From an uncultured Coriobacteriia bacterium (GTDB lineage: Bacteria; Actinomycetota; Coriobacteriia; Coriobacteriales; QAMH01), in contig CATLBX010000001.1 in NCBI GenBank assembly GCA_949879855.1, positions 82-64,081 of the forward strand: a stretch of DNA of 64,000 nt, in the 5' to 3' direction. Below are positions 8,363-16,960 of the stretch, in pieces (position 1 is the first letter of the stretch; each line of letters begins with the position of its first letter). Under the pieces are notes generated by a model that had not been told where the DNA came from, searched no databases, and saw only the letters and a list, made by a program, of their open reading frames with translations. Position numbers and translations under genes: made by a program.

Positions 8363-8446
8363 GTCTTCTTCCTTTCCTTCGTGGTTTGCTATGCAAAACC
8401 GCCCAGACAGCCAGGCGGAAATTGCCTATGCGAATGGAGATGCGAA

Positions 8447-9424
8447 ATGGACGCAATGAAACTCACGGTTGAACAAATAACGACCGACCACTACTTGCCC
8501 GAGAAGCGCAAGCGCAGGCGCACCAACACCGTCGATGGCTACGAGAGCAGCATCGGGCTCTACGTCATCCCGCAATGGGGCGATATGGCGATCTCTCAGA
8601 TAGGCAGGGACGACGTACAGGACTGGGTCGAGCGTCTTGCCGGCACAAAGGCCGGCCCAGGAGGTGCCTGGAAAGCCTACAAGTGCCTGCGCCAAATCAT
8701 CCGCTGGGCCATGAGCAAGTGGGGCCTGTTCGTGGCCGACCCGACATTGGGCATCGAGAAACCGCGAAAGCCCGCCTACAAGCCAGAAGTGCTCACGCCC
8801 CGGCGCCTGAAGAGGCTCATCCGCGGATTCGTCGGATGCGAGCAGGAGCCGACGCTGATCATCGAGGCCGACCTGGGAACGCGTCCGGGGGAGTGCTACG
8901 TCATGCGCTGGGAGTGGATCAACTGGCGCACGGGCCACGTGCCGATCGCCTCGACGCTGCAGCAGGCGTCAGACGGCGTGCGCGAATGGCCGACGAAGAC
9001 GGCAAAGGGCGAGCGCGACGGCTATCTTTCTCCGTGGGCGCTCGACCGCCTGCACCAGATCTGGGTGCAGCGAGGACGGCCGCGCGGGAGAATCATCGGG
9101 GACCTCAAGCCATCGCAGATCGCATACCGCATCCAGCGGTGGATAAAGGTTCATAGGTTACCGAAGATAACGATGAAGAACTTACGGCATACCTGGGGAA
9201 CCATCGCCGCGCAGTCTGGTGTGCCCATCGAGACGGTGTCGGCGATGATGGGGCACTCGGACATCCAGACGACGTACCGTTACTACTACGCGCTCACTGC
9301 CGCAACCGCGCGAAAGGCAAAGCGGCGCATGGCAAGAAGCATCCTCGGCAAGACGTGCTCCGAGATGTACAAGGGTATCGTGTTGCCGCTCGCACCAGCG
9401 GAGTCAGTGTCAAAAGCCGCGTAG
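8447..9424 (+). CDS. Tyrosine recombinase (325 aa), proposed shufflon-specific (Rci-like role)
   Basis: Catalytic signature GTRPGE (R), LRHTW (HxxR), MGHS, TTYRYY (Y). GGAG RBS 8 nt before ATG 8447. Its stop codon is 3 nt from the inverted site copy at 9428. Convergent with the tail-fibre gene. Confidence 0.85.
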   Translation: MDAMKLTVEQITTDHYLPEKRKRRRTNTVDGYESSIGLYVIPQWGDMAISQIGRDDVQDWVERLAGTKAGPGGAWKAYKCLRQIIRWAMSKWGLFVADPTLGIEKPRKPAYKPEVLTPRRLKRLIRGFVGCEQEPTLIIEADLGTRPGECYVMRWEWINWRTGHVPIASTLQQASDGVREWPTKTAKGERDGYLSPWALDRLHQIWVQRGRPRGRIIGDLKPSQIAYRIQRWIKVHRLPKITMKNLRHTWGTIAAQSGVPIETVSAMMGHSDIQTTYRYYYALTAATARKAKRRMARSILGKTCSEMYKGIVLPLAPAESVSKAA

Positions 9425-9427
9425 GGC

Positions 9428-9594
9428 ATTCCTTGTCCCAAGGCTTGGTTAGCTCACCTCACGGCGAGAAAATCAACATATGGAGCGACGGAAGCGGCTA
9501 CATCACGATCATGCTCACGGCCCCAGGAGGCGTGTGGCGGCGAGTGAACATCATGAAAGACGGTAGACTCTTGTGGACGGACAGCACGAGCTAG
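9428..9594 (+). other. Silent tip cassette C0 (only one on + strand): SLSQ-GLVSSPHGEKINIW...GRLLWTDSTS* (50 aa variable)
   Basis: Open frame from the site core in the conserved phase. No start codon of its own at the core. Confidence 0.8.
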
Positions 9595-9730
9595 GCAAGC
9601 TGTGTGTAGCCTATCAAATTGACGCGTGAGTAGTCCGTATACCAGTATATTCGCTTCGTGCTCTGTTGAACCCAATAGTAGATCCTGTCATTTTGTCCCG
9701 CGGCCTGCAACGCGCTTCGGGACAAGGAAT
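9591..9730 (-). other. Silent tip cassette C1: SLSR-SALQAAGQNDRIYYWVQQ...LIGYTQLA* (41 aa)
   Basis: Manually translated and open from core to stop. The stop shares the CTAG palindrome with the C0 stop. Confidence 0.8.
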
Positions 9731-9908
9731 CACCTTAGCTGCCGCTTTATTTCTCCATCGAGAATTACTTCAAAAGCTGGCATCGATTGCATCGTGCGAA
9801 CTTTAATTGTAATGATATGACCGTCAGGGGTTTTATATTCTTTCGTGATTCCTGCTTCACCGTCAGAGTACCAGGTGCCGTGAGTTTCCGACGCACGGGA
9901 CAAGGAAT
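9730..9908 (-). other. Silent tip cassette C2: SLSR-ASETHGTWYSDGEAGITKEY...DGEIKRQLR* (54 aa)
   Basis: Open from the core. The TGA stop forms the 5' flank of the next site (TGATTCCTTGTCCC). Confidence 0.8.
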
Positions 9909-10086
9909 CACTTTGGGAAGCGAGAGACCCATTCTCCGGTGCCCTGCCTCGTATATATGAGCATCCCTTGCACGGTGTGAAACCCGACCCTCATAGTCTC
10001 GCTGCCGATGGAAAAATCTTCCCACGCGTAAAACTCGCCGCTCGTCTGCTTCTCAGAGCCAAATCGAGGAGTTTGGGACAAGGAAT
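9908..10086 (-). other. Silent tip cassette C3: SLSQ-TPRFGSEKQTSGEFYAWEDF...GTGEWVSRFPK* (54 aa)
   Basis: Open from the core. The TGA stop abuts the next site. Confidence 0.8.
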
Positions 10087-10087
10087 A

Positions 10088-10341
10088 TCAACTGCCTGTC
10101 ATGACATGTATGACCTGCAAGCCATTGATCACGGTTCCGGGAGCGCCAAAAACGCCCCTGGCAAACAGCGCGAATGGCACTTTCGGCGACATGGAATTGT
10201 ATGTGACTATCGAGCTAAACGCTATCCTGCGTGCTTCCTCGGCTGTGATTCCACCCATGCTAGAGAACGCCAATGCGCCGCTGTCGGGTATCGTTATGCT
10301 GGCATAGGTAACCGTCTTCGTTGTGTATCGGGACAAGGAAT
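10088..10341 (-). other. Silent tip cassette C4: SLSR-YTTKTVTYASITIPDSGALAF...LQVIHVMTGS* (79 aa)
   Basis: Matches the track ORF 10088-10369 from ...GDSLSR onward. Confidence 0.8.
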
Positions 10342-10477
10342 CACCCAGGAAAGAAATCAGCATGTTCACCAGTCTTCGACGTAAGCCTGATGAAGGGTGT
10401 GCCGTCGTCTTTGGCGGTGAACCTGACCGACGCTATACCCAAGCCGTCATCCCTGTAAGAGATGCGGGACAAGGAAT
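10341..10477 (-). other. Silent tip cassette C5: SLSR-ISYRDDGLGIASVRFTAKDDGTPFIRLTSKTGEHADFFPG* (40 aa)
   Basis: Manually translated. It contains no start codon and is absent from the ORF track. The TGA stop abuts the next site. Confidence 0.8.
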
Positions 10478-10673
10478 CACTTTGCTAGATTTACATAGCC
10501 GATTACCTTGCCTGCAACGCTGTCGTGTACCTGCATTCTGTCTTTCGTAATGATAAAAGCGTAGCTTTCGGTTTCGCCCGTTGCTGTTACTTGCATTAAG
10601 TGTGATGACATACCCATGCCGATGCTTGCGTCTATCGCGTTGCTTTGCATTCTGGCTTTGCGGGACAAGGAAT
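10477..10673 (-). other. Silent tip cassette C6: SLSR-KARMQSNAIDASIGMGMSSH...KVIGYVNLAK* (60 aa)
   Basis: Extends the track ORF 10477-10668 upstream to the core in the same frame. Confidence 0.8.
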
Positions 10674-10674
10674 G

Positions 10675-10829
10675 TCAATGCCACACAACTTCGCTTGTCG
10701 AGTCCAAGCAGTAAATCTCCTTGTAGCCAACTCCCTTGAGTACGAAACCTATCACTGGCAACCCTGCGCTCGATTTGTAAATCCGAACATTCGTTATCTC
10801 GTCATCTATCTGTATCTGGGACAAGGAAT
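10675..10829 (-). other. Silent tip cassette C7: SLSQ-IQIDDEITNVRIYKSSAGLPVIGFVLKGVGYKEIYCLDSTSEVVWH* (46 aa)
   Basis: Manually translated and open. Stop is 1 nt before the next core. Confidence 0.8.
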
Positions 10830-10830
10830 G

Positions 10831-11087
10831 CTACGAGGGGGAGAAAGTGACCCATTCGCTCCATGCGTTTCCCGATCTGTTGCGCGTGCATACATTCGAT
10901 CCCCAGTTGGGAAAGTAGACCTGCCTTTGCCATCCTCCTCCCATCGGAGATGACAGTTGCAGACAGAGACCGTAGTCGGCGACATTGCTCGGCTTATTGA
11001 GGGTTTCAGCGACGCAGACGATGACCATTGCATCCACGTTGTTGAGATCTACGGCTCTCGGTGTTTCGGATAATCGGGACAAGGAAT
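10831..11087 (-). other. Silent tip cassette C8: SLSR-LSETPRAVDLNNVDAMVIVC...GNAWSEWVTFSPS* (80 aa)
   Basis: Extends the track ORF 10831-11082 to the core. The C-terminal WSEWV resembles the WSDWV of the expressed tip. Confidence 0.8.
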
Positions 11088-11090
11088 GCC

Positions 11091-11260
11091 CTACGATTTA
11101 ATCCTGTCATCGGAGAAGAGCGCAGATGATCCCCATCTGCCGTCCGACAATACGACGGTCAGTCCCACTGAACCATCTTTTCTCGCAAAGATGCGGGCTT
11201 CGGCAATTGACAAAAAGATATCGGAAGGAGACTCGAGAGAGACGCTGCGGGACAAGGAAT
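11091..11260 (-). other. Silent tip cassette C9: SLSR-SVSLESPSDIFLSIAEARIFARKDGSVGLTVVLSDGRWGSSALFSDDRIKS* (51 aa)
   Basis: Manually translated. It has no Met and is absent from the ORF track. The TAG stop is 3 nt before the next core. Confidence 0.8.
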
Positions 11261-11525
11261 CATTTGCCGATTGCCAGCCAATGCACGTAGACGTTTTCTA
11301 TCGCTGTCGTAGACCTGTTCGATAAGATGATTCCACATTTCGTCGCACTCACGCCGTATGCATGAGCAGTTAGATACTGACTCACCCCGCGACCATCAAC
11401 GATGTAGGGAATGAAGGCGATTAGCTGATTAAAAGGACGGTCAAAAGTCACGACTTCGGCCAAAGTTCCATTCGGCACAGCTTCGCTAAACGTGTACACT
11501 CCCCACTGCATCTGGGACAAGGAAT
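11260..11525 (-). other. Silent tip cassette C10: SLSQ-MQWGVYTFSEAVPNGTLAEV...NVYVHWLAIGK* (83 aa)
   Basis: Part of the track ORF 11260-11625 (..RHSLSQMQWG..). The TGA stop abuts the next site. Confidence 0.8.
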
Positions 11526-11528
11526 GCC

Positions 11529-12203
11529 TCAAAGCTGAACCCAGTCGCTCCACGGCTTTGTATTGATCCTGCGGCGAATGTACATGCCACCAGTCTCTGT
11601 CATGAGTGCGATCTGCCAAACCCATGATGTTGACATGTTAAGAGCAAGGCAGACGCCGTACTGTCCCGCAACAGGAAGGTGCTTGCAATCACTCTTGAAT
11701 GCGGATAGCCCGATGGTATGCAAGTCAAGATCGTCAACAAAATTCGATGTTTTGAATGGCGATTGGGACAAGGAATCCCGGAGGGGTTGAGAAAGCTTCG
11801 CATCTGTCACCGCGCCGTCCTCGATCATGCCGGTCGTGACCAACGTGATGTCATCGGTAGAGCCAATCTTGACCCATGAACCGCCCTGGTAAATCCATTT
11901 CGTCCACACGCCGTCACCGACGGGCACGAAATAGATGCAACTTGTCGATGGGTTCGCGATTGTCGGCTTGCCAGTCGATGCGTCGTATTCGCCTGATGCG
12001 CAGAAATGCTGCGCCCACACGCCCAGGCTCGCGAGATCATCATAGGTGAGAAGACGCTTCACGTTTCCCTTGTCGAACGCGACGTTGAGGCCCTTTCCGT
12101 CTGGGGATGTCGGGTCGTTTGCGCTGAAAACCGCCGCCTGCCCCGGCAACAGCGTATCCGGGTCGAAATCGTTGTAATCAGCAGATTCGAAAGTGACTGC
12201 CAT
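11529..12203 (-). CDS. Tail fibre / receptor-binding protein (224 aa): constant N-terminal 143 aa + currently fused tip cassette C11
   Basis: The ...ITLVTTGMIEDGAVTDAKLSQPLRDSLSQ junction is encoded over site 11765-11776. The tip is SPFKTSNFVDD...KPWSDWVQL*. It is the last structural gene before the array. Confidence 0.8.
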   Translation of the reverse strand: MAVTFESADYNDFDPDTLLPGQAAVFSANDPTSPDGKGLNVAFDKGNVKRLLTYDDLASLGVWAQHFCASGEYDASTGKPTIANPSTSCIYFVPVGDGVWTKWIYQGGSWVKIGSTDDITLVTTGMIEDGAVTDAKLSQPLRDSLSQSPFKTSNFVDDLDLHTIGLSAFKSDCKHLPVAGQYGVCLALNMSTSWVWQIALMTETGGMYIRRRINTKPWSDWVQL

Positions 12204-12237
12204 TTGCGCTCCTTTGTCGATTCTTCATGTTCTTTCG

Positions 12238-13251
12238 CTAGTCGAGAACGCCCGTGTAGTTCTTGCAGCACCACATGATCGTCTCGATGAAATCCTTGCC
12301 GTTTCTCAGCGACGCGGGAATGACGAGCACCCCGTCAGTCGTGATCACGATCCCGCTCGCGGTATGGACGTCATGCACGGGTTTGTACCCGTACGGGAGG
12401 TCGATGCGTGCCTCCGCACTCGCCTGGCGCATAGCATGCGCCTCTATCTTTGCCGAGGCGACGGGGCCGCGTCTCGCGAGCTCCATGCTTCCCGAGCTTG
12501 CAATCTGGGCGTCAATCCCGACGGTCGCGTCATCATCTTCCGAAAAAATCGCGTTTCCGCCGAACCTGATGTTGCCGTTTAGATACGCCGGTCCCGTCCA
12601 TCTCAGGTAGGGCACGTCACTTACGCCCAGGTAATCGTCTAGCTTCTCTATAACAAGACCCATTTCGGGATGTTCGGCAAACTCAACGAAAAACCCATCT
12701 GGGGTAATAGCGATAATCATGTCGCCGGGCGCCAGCCTAACGTCCTCACCGAACTTCGATACGATATTGCCGTTGCCATCGACTACGTATATACCGGGTT
12801 CGGGAAATCCATCCGATGCTCCCGGTGCCTCGAGTATCCTGAAGTCGCCGTATCTGTTTCCCACCCAGAAGCCGTCTTCGTCGACGGCCATGTACGTGTT
12901 GATGAATCCTTTGGCGTCCCGTGCTGTTCCGAGCGCGATGACACCAATCTCGCCTGCGGCGGCCGCGCTGCCAAGGGCCCTTCGCGCGGCGGAATCGTCT
13001 GTCGCGGGATTGCTGAAGTTGCCCATGATAGACGCAATGCCATCTTTGACGCGCACGTTGACGCTTTGGCCGGGATTGGCTTCGACGGTCCTTCTCGTGC
13101 ACGGCGTCTCCTCGCTTGATCCAGGCAGACGAACCCAGACCGTTCCCTCGTCATCGATTCTCGTAACCGTTCCACTCGTCTCGACCTGGGATTGCCTGAC
13201 GGAGACCAGGCCGGCAATCTGCCTGGCGATGCTCTCAAACACGTTTGCCAT
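12238..13251 (-). CDS. Phage tail/baseplate structural protein (337 aa)
   Basis: Position between the tail-tip genes and the fibre. N-terminus GTVTRIDDEGTVWVRLPGS...V.V.V.DG is typical of minor tail proteins. Confidence 0.55.
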   Translation of the reverse strand: MANVFESIARQIAGLVSVRQSQVETSGTVTRIDDEGTVWVRLPGSSEETPCTRRTVEANPGQSVNVRVKDGIASIMGNFSNPATDDSAARRALGSAAAAGEIGVIALGTARDAKGFINTYMAVDEDGFWVGNRYGDFRILEAPGASDGFPEPGIYVVDGNGNIVSKFGEDVRLAPGDMIIAITPDGFFVEFAEHPEMGLVIEKLDDYLGVSDVPYLRWTGPAYLNGNIRFGGNAIFSEDDDATVGIDAQIASSGSMELARRGPVASAKIEAHAMRQASAEARIDLPYGYKPVHDVHTASGIVITTDGVLVIPASLRNGKDFIETIMWCCKNYTGVLD

Positions 13252-14236
13252 CGGCCCTCCTTCCGACTGTTTCCCTGACGCTTATCCCGGTCTTGCACTC
13301 GATTTCCTGTCGCATGACGCTGCATACGCATTGCGTCTGCGCCTCGGGCAGGTAGACGCGGGCACACGTATACGGGAGCGTGCCGGCAATCCAGTCACGC
13401 TCGATCTCGTAGGTCTCGTAGATGGCCGAAAACTCGTCGAGCTTTCGGTTTGCGTAATCGTCAAGCGTCTCGCCATCGACGAGAGCCGGGCTCTCCTCCG
13501 TGTATTCGATGCGCCGGCCATTTCGATTCCTAATCGATGTGGGACTGTCCGGATCATCGTTTATCGCCTCGGCAACGTTCTCGCCATCCCACACGCGCAC
13601 GACGTTATACACGTCATCTATGGGAATCGAATGGCCGATTTGATCCCTCACGGCAGACGAGTCGTAGACCACCGACGGCGTGCTCGGAACCGGCATCACC
13701 CTCACGACGCCGCGCTCGGATATCTGCAGGCACCAGCCGGCAGCCGAAAGCACCTTCCAGCAGCCATCGAGGTACGTCTCGCCTAAGTTGAACACGTAAT
13801 GGCGGTCGAGCGTGAAGCTGCCGTCCACGACGACGGGGGCCTTGACGGTCTCTCGCAGCTTCTCGGCAATCCACGATGCGCCGTCTTGGCCCTTGTGGAC
13901 GCAGGCTCCGTTGTCGAACTTCCTGTCAGCTGCCGGGGTCAGGACGCTTTTCGCGATGGTCGCCGCGTCCCACTGCCCGTGCGAGAACTCGTCGACGTCG
14001 GGAACGATCAGCAACGTCGCGATGGGTTCGACTGGATGTCCCGTCTCGAGCTTGTCGATTTGGTAGTAACCCTCCTCGATGGTGCCCTCCACCTCGATGG
14101 AACCGCTGTCCATCAGCGGTGTGGTTCCGTCACGATTGTCGGATCTGGATACCGATATCGATTTCACGCCCGACAGCTCTTCTCCCGGCGCCCAGGTATC
14201 GCAATCTATCCTAGACACCCTGAACTCAATCGCCAC
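13235..14236 (-). CDS. Phage tail-tip structural protein (333 aa)
   Basis: Synteny: second gene after the tape measure. No catalytic motif recognised. Confidence 0.55.
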   Translation of the reverse strand: MAIEFRVSRIDCDTWAPGEELSGVKSISVSRSDNRDGTTPLMDSGSIEVEGTIEEGYYQIDKLETGHPVEPIATLLIVPDVDEFSHGQWDAATIAKSVLTPAADRKFDNGACVHKGQDGASWIAEKLRETVKAPVVVDGSFTLDRHYVFNLGETYLDGCWKVLSAAGWCLQISERGVVRVMPVPSTPSVVYDSSAVRDQIGHSIPIDDVYNVVRVWDGENVAEAINDDPDSPTSIRNRNGRRIEYTEESPALVDGETLDDYANRKLDEFSAIYETYEIERDWIAGTLPYTCARVYLPEAQTQCVCSVMRQEIECKTGISVRETVGRRADGKRV

Positions 14237-14239
14237 GTC

Positions 14240-16960
14240 TTATGCACCCCCGATGTCGCGCGCACCCGGCTTGAAGGCGTCCGTCAGGTCAACCTCGGCG
14301 CAATCGAGCGATACCGCGACGGCAGCCGAGTTTCGCGCTTGCGCCATGTGGACGTTCACGTTGGCCTCGAAGGCGACTCCGTTCGGCAGGCGAACGAATA
14401 CCGGGCCGTCGTGCCGGGCAAGCTTGCGCACGAGACGCTGCTTGTCGGCCTGCTCGACCTTCACGACGTCAGTTGATATCGACGTGTCGCGATCGACGCC
14501 GCGTGCCCACGCTCCGTGCGTGTTACCGTTCAGGTGGCTGTGGCGCTCGAATCGCTTGGCGATGTCCTCCTGCGAGTCGATGTTGTACGGCAGTCCCACG
14601 CGGCTGTTGCCGAAGTCACACACGAGCTCCATTCCATCGAGCCTGTAGGGCACGTCCACCCACAGCATGTCGCCTTCTTTCGTCCTGCAGCACACGCGAT
14701 ACGAGGTCGAAACGCCGGATCCATCGAAGGCAAAGGGGGCAAACCGGTCGGTGACCGAGCATCCAGACGCGACGCCCGAAGCGATCAGCGCATGGCCATC
14801 CGGCGTCGAGCGGTACACGTCGAAGACGTCATCAGGCGATGAGCCTTCGGATGCGGCGATGTTGACCGTTGCGGAAAGCGCATGCTCGTCCACGACGACA
14901 GACGCGACCGGAAGCGATGCGAGGTGGATCCAGCCAACCGTGAACGATGCCGCAACCGTCTCGGTGGAAAGGCCTGTCTCGGCATCGGTCGCCTTGGCGA
15001 CCACGTCGTAGGTGCAACCGTTGACGAGGTTGGCATCGCTTACGACGATGGCCCCCGAACCGGTACCCGCCCACACGATGTCTCCGGCATGCTGCTCGAC
15101 CGTTCCCTCGGGGCGCTCGTAGACGATGCCCCTTGACGTTATCGTCACGTCCACGACCGCGGATTCCGAAGAGCCCGCTATGATGCAAAACGGCATCGAC
15201 GAGATGCGCGAAAGCACGAGCGCCTCGACGTTCGGGGCATCGACGATCCTCGTGGACACCGCGTCGCTTCTCACCCAGTTGCCACCGGTTGTCATCATCA
15301 CGCAGATCCTGATCATGGCCCTGCTCGCCAGGCGAGCAGCCGGAATCGGGCATGACGTCTCCGAACCGGAACCCGCGCCCACGATATCGCCCGTGTCGAC
15401 GTCGACGAGCGCCCAGGCAAGTTGCCGAGCTTCGCTTTGGTAGGACCATGACACCATGATCGATGATCCCCTCGCGACGTACTTGGGCGCCTGGGCCGTG
15501 ACGGATGACGGCGTTGAGACAGGCGTTAGGGCTATCTTGTTCGACAGCTCGCCCTCGATTTCGTCGCCACCTGAACCCTTGAGGACGCGCTGCGCGCGCA
15601 CGAACACGCGCTTTCCCTCCTCGAGGCCCGTTATCCAGACCCTTCCCTTGTTCGTGTAGCCCGGTGACGGCGGGTTGACGATGGGATTGTCAGTGTTTTC
15701 GGCCCAGGAGAAGTCGAACTTCGACAGGCCGCCCGTAGAAAACCACGCGTGCTCGAAGTCGCTCCACGACAGGCGCGTCACGCCCTTGTAGGCCTTGCGC
15801 TGTGTCTCGGTGATGGCCCCTATGGTCGCATCTGGTTGCCATGCGACGTCGATGGCGGCGCTTTTGCCGTCATCTCCGAGCTCCGAGTTGAAGATGTAGG
15901 CGCAGCCAGGCTCGTAGGTCGGCAGCGGATGGTAGATGCCCATGTCGACGGGATGCGAGTAGCGCGAGTAGATTCCATGCGTCGACTTCACGCGATAGTA
16001 CGTTCGCTCGCCGAACGTGGGATATGCGTCTGCCAGGTTGTCGGTCAGGCCGGTGCAGTCTCCTCCGTCGGTTGCCTTTACCTGCGTCCACGTGACGTCA
16101 TCCATGTACAGCAGCTCGGCGACGCTTTGCGCCGTCGACTTTGCCCTCTCGAGCGTCACGGAGTCGACCGGCGCGAACGCGGAGTCTCTCGTGTCGATGC
16201 GCACGCACACGATGCCGGTTGACCGGTCTCCCTGCGTCGACACGCCCTCGATGACCGGAACGGGTGGCTGGGCGAAGACGTACGTCTCATGCGATCGGTT
16301 GCTTCTGCCGCCTAGGCCGCGTGCCCAGGCGGAGACCTCGAACAAGACGTACTCGCCTTCTGCGAGGCCTGCCTCGGCCGTGCTTATGTCGAAGCTCTCC
16401 TCGAAGGACGAGGCAAGCGGCTCGGAATATCTCGTCCGGTCGACGGTTCTGGTCCCGGTCCCCATCCATCGCACCTGGACCTCGAAGTCGTAGTGCTCGT
16501 AGACGGTTCTCGGGTCATCATAGGCACCCGGCTCGACCTTTACCTTCACCTCGTGTTTAGAGCCATCGCTCGCAGGCTCGATCGTGACCTTTGGTGCGGG
16601 CGGCTGGGCTATCCTCACCGCCGGCGAGTGCCAAAAGTCAGTCCACCTGCCCTTGCCCTCGAACACTCCGCGAACGCGGTATCGAACCCCGTTCAGGTAC
16701 TCTCCGGACCTCGGGTAGTAGTTCAGCCGGTTCAACAGCAGCTTGTCTGATTCCATCTCGCCCTCGCCGCTGTGCGACGCGATCTGGTCGTAGGGACGTC
16801 TGGTGTAGCTCGCGTCCCAGCAGCAGTCCATGTGCTTGTAGGCTTCCCCGCCATCGTAGGTCGTCCTCCAGGAGCCGGAGATCTCGAGCACGATGTTGCC
16901 GCCCGACTTCGTGGTCGATACCGTGGGCGGGAGAAGCTCTGTGACGTAGTTGGAGCTCAT
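14240..16960 (-). CDS. Large phage tail protein (906 aa; distal-tail/baseplate hub candidate with Ig/FN3-like repeats)
   Basis: ATGA-coupled to the tape measure stop. Assigned by size and position. Confidence 0.55.
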   Translation of the reverse strand: MSSNYVTELLPPTVSTTKSGGNIVLEISGSWRTTYDGGEAYKHMDCCWDASYTRRPYDQIASHSGEGEMESDKLLLNRLNYYPRSGEYLNGVRYRVRGVFEGKGRWTDFWHSPAVRIAQPPAPKVTIEPASDGSKHEVKVKVEPGAYDDPRTVYEHYDFEVQVRWMGTGTRTVDRTRYSEPLASSFEESFDISTAEAGLAEGEYVLFEVSAWARGLGGRSNRSHETYVFAQPPVPVIEGVSTQGDRSTGIVCVRIDTRDSAFAPVDSVTLERAKSTAQSVAELLYMDDVTWTQVKATDGGDCTGLTDNLADAYPTFGERTYYRVKSTHGIYSRYSHPVDMGIYHPLPTYEPGCAYIFNSELGDDGKSAAIDVAWQPDATIGAITETQRKAYKGVTRLSWSDFEHAWFSTGGLSKFDFSWAENTDNPIVNPPSPGYTNKGRVWITGLEEGKRVFVRAQRVLKGSGGDEIEGELSNKIALTPVSTPSSVTAQAPKYVARGSSIMVSWSYQSEARQLAWALVDVDTGDIVGAGSGSETSCPIPAARLASRAMIRICVMMTTGGNWVRSDAVSTRIVDAPNVEALVLSRISSMPFCIIAGSSESAVVDVTITSRGIVYERPEGTVEQHAGDIVWAGTGSGAIVVSDANLVNGCTYDVVAKATDAETGLSTETVAASFTVGWIHLASLPVASVVVDEHALSATVNIAASEGSSPDDVFDVYRSTPDGHALIASGVASGCSVTDRFAPFAFDGSGVSTSYRVCCRTKEGDMLWVDVPYRLDGMELVCDFGNSRVGLPYNIDSQEDIAKRFERHSHLNGNTHGAWARGVDRDTSISTDVVKVEQADKQRLVRKLARHDGPVFVRLPNGVAFEANVNVHMAQARNSAAVAVSLDCAEVDLTDAFKPGARDIGGA

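Larger units (their letters stand above)
9428..11776. other. Tail-fibre shufflon-like cassette array: 12 copies of invariant ATTCCTTGTCCC
   Basis: Site cores (the sequence read on the + strand is given for each orientation). ATTCCTTGTCCC: 9428-9439. Its complement GGGACAAGGAAT: 9719-9730, 9897-9908, 10075-10086, 10330-10341, 10466-10477, 10662-10673, 10818-10829, 11076-11087, 11249-11260, 11514-11525, 11765-11776. Every core is translated xAT-TCC-TTG-TCC-Cxx = (D/H/Y)SLS(Q/R). Confidence 0.9.

Noticed and set aside
9428-11776. Regularly recurring short repeat that at first glance resembles a CRISPR array
   Set aside because: The conserved unit is only 12 bp. The intervals are 124-279 bp and irregular. 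One copy is inverted. Every interval is an in-frame coding cassette continuous with the tail-fibre reading phase. No cas genes or leader are present.
9428-12203. Diversity-generating retroelement (DGR) as the source of tail-fibre variation
   Set aside because: There is no reverse transcriptase gene and no template/variable repeat pair with adenine-specific differences. The variation is organised as discrete cassettes bounded by a recombination-type site.
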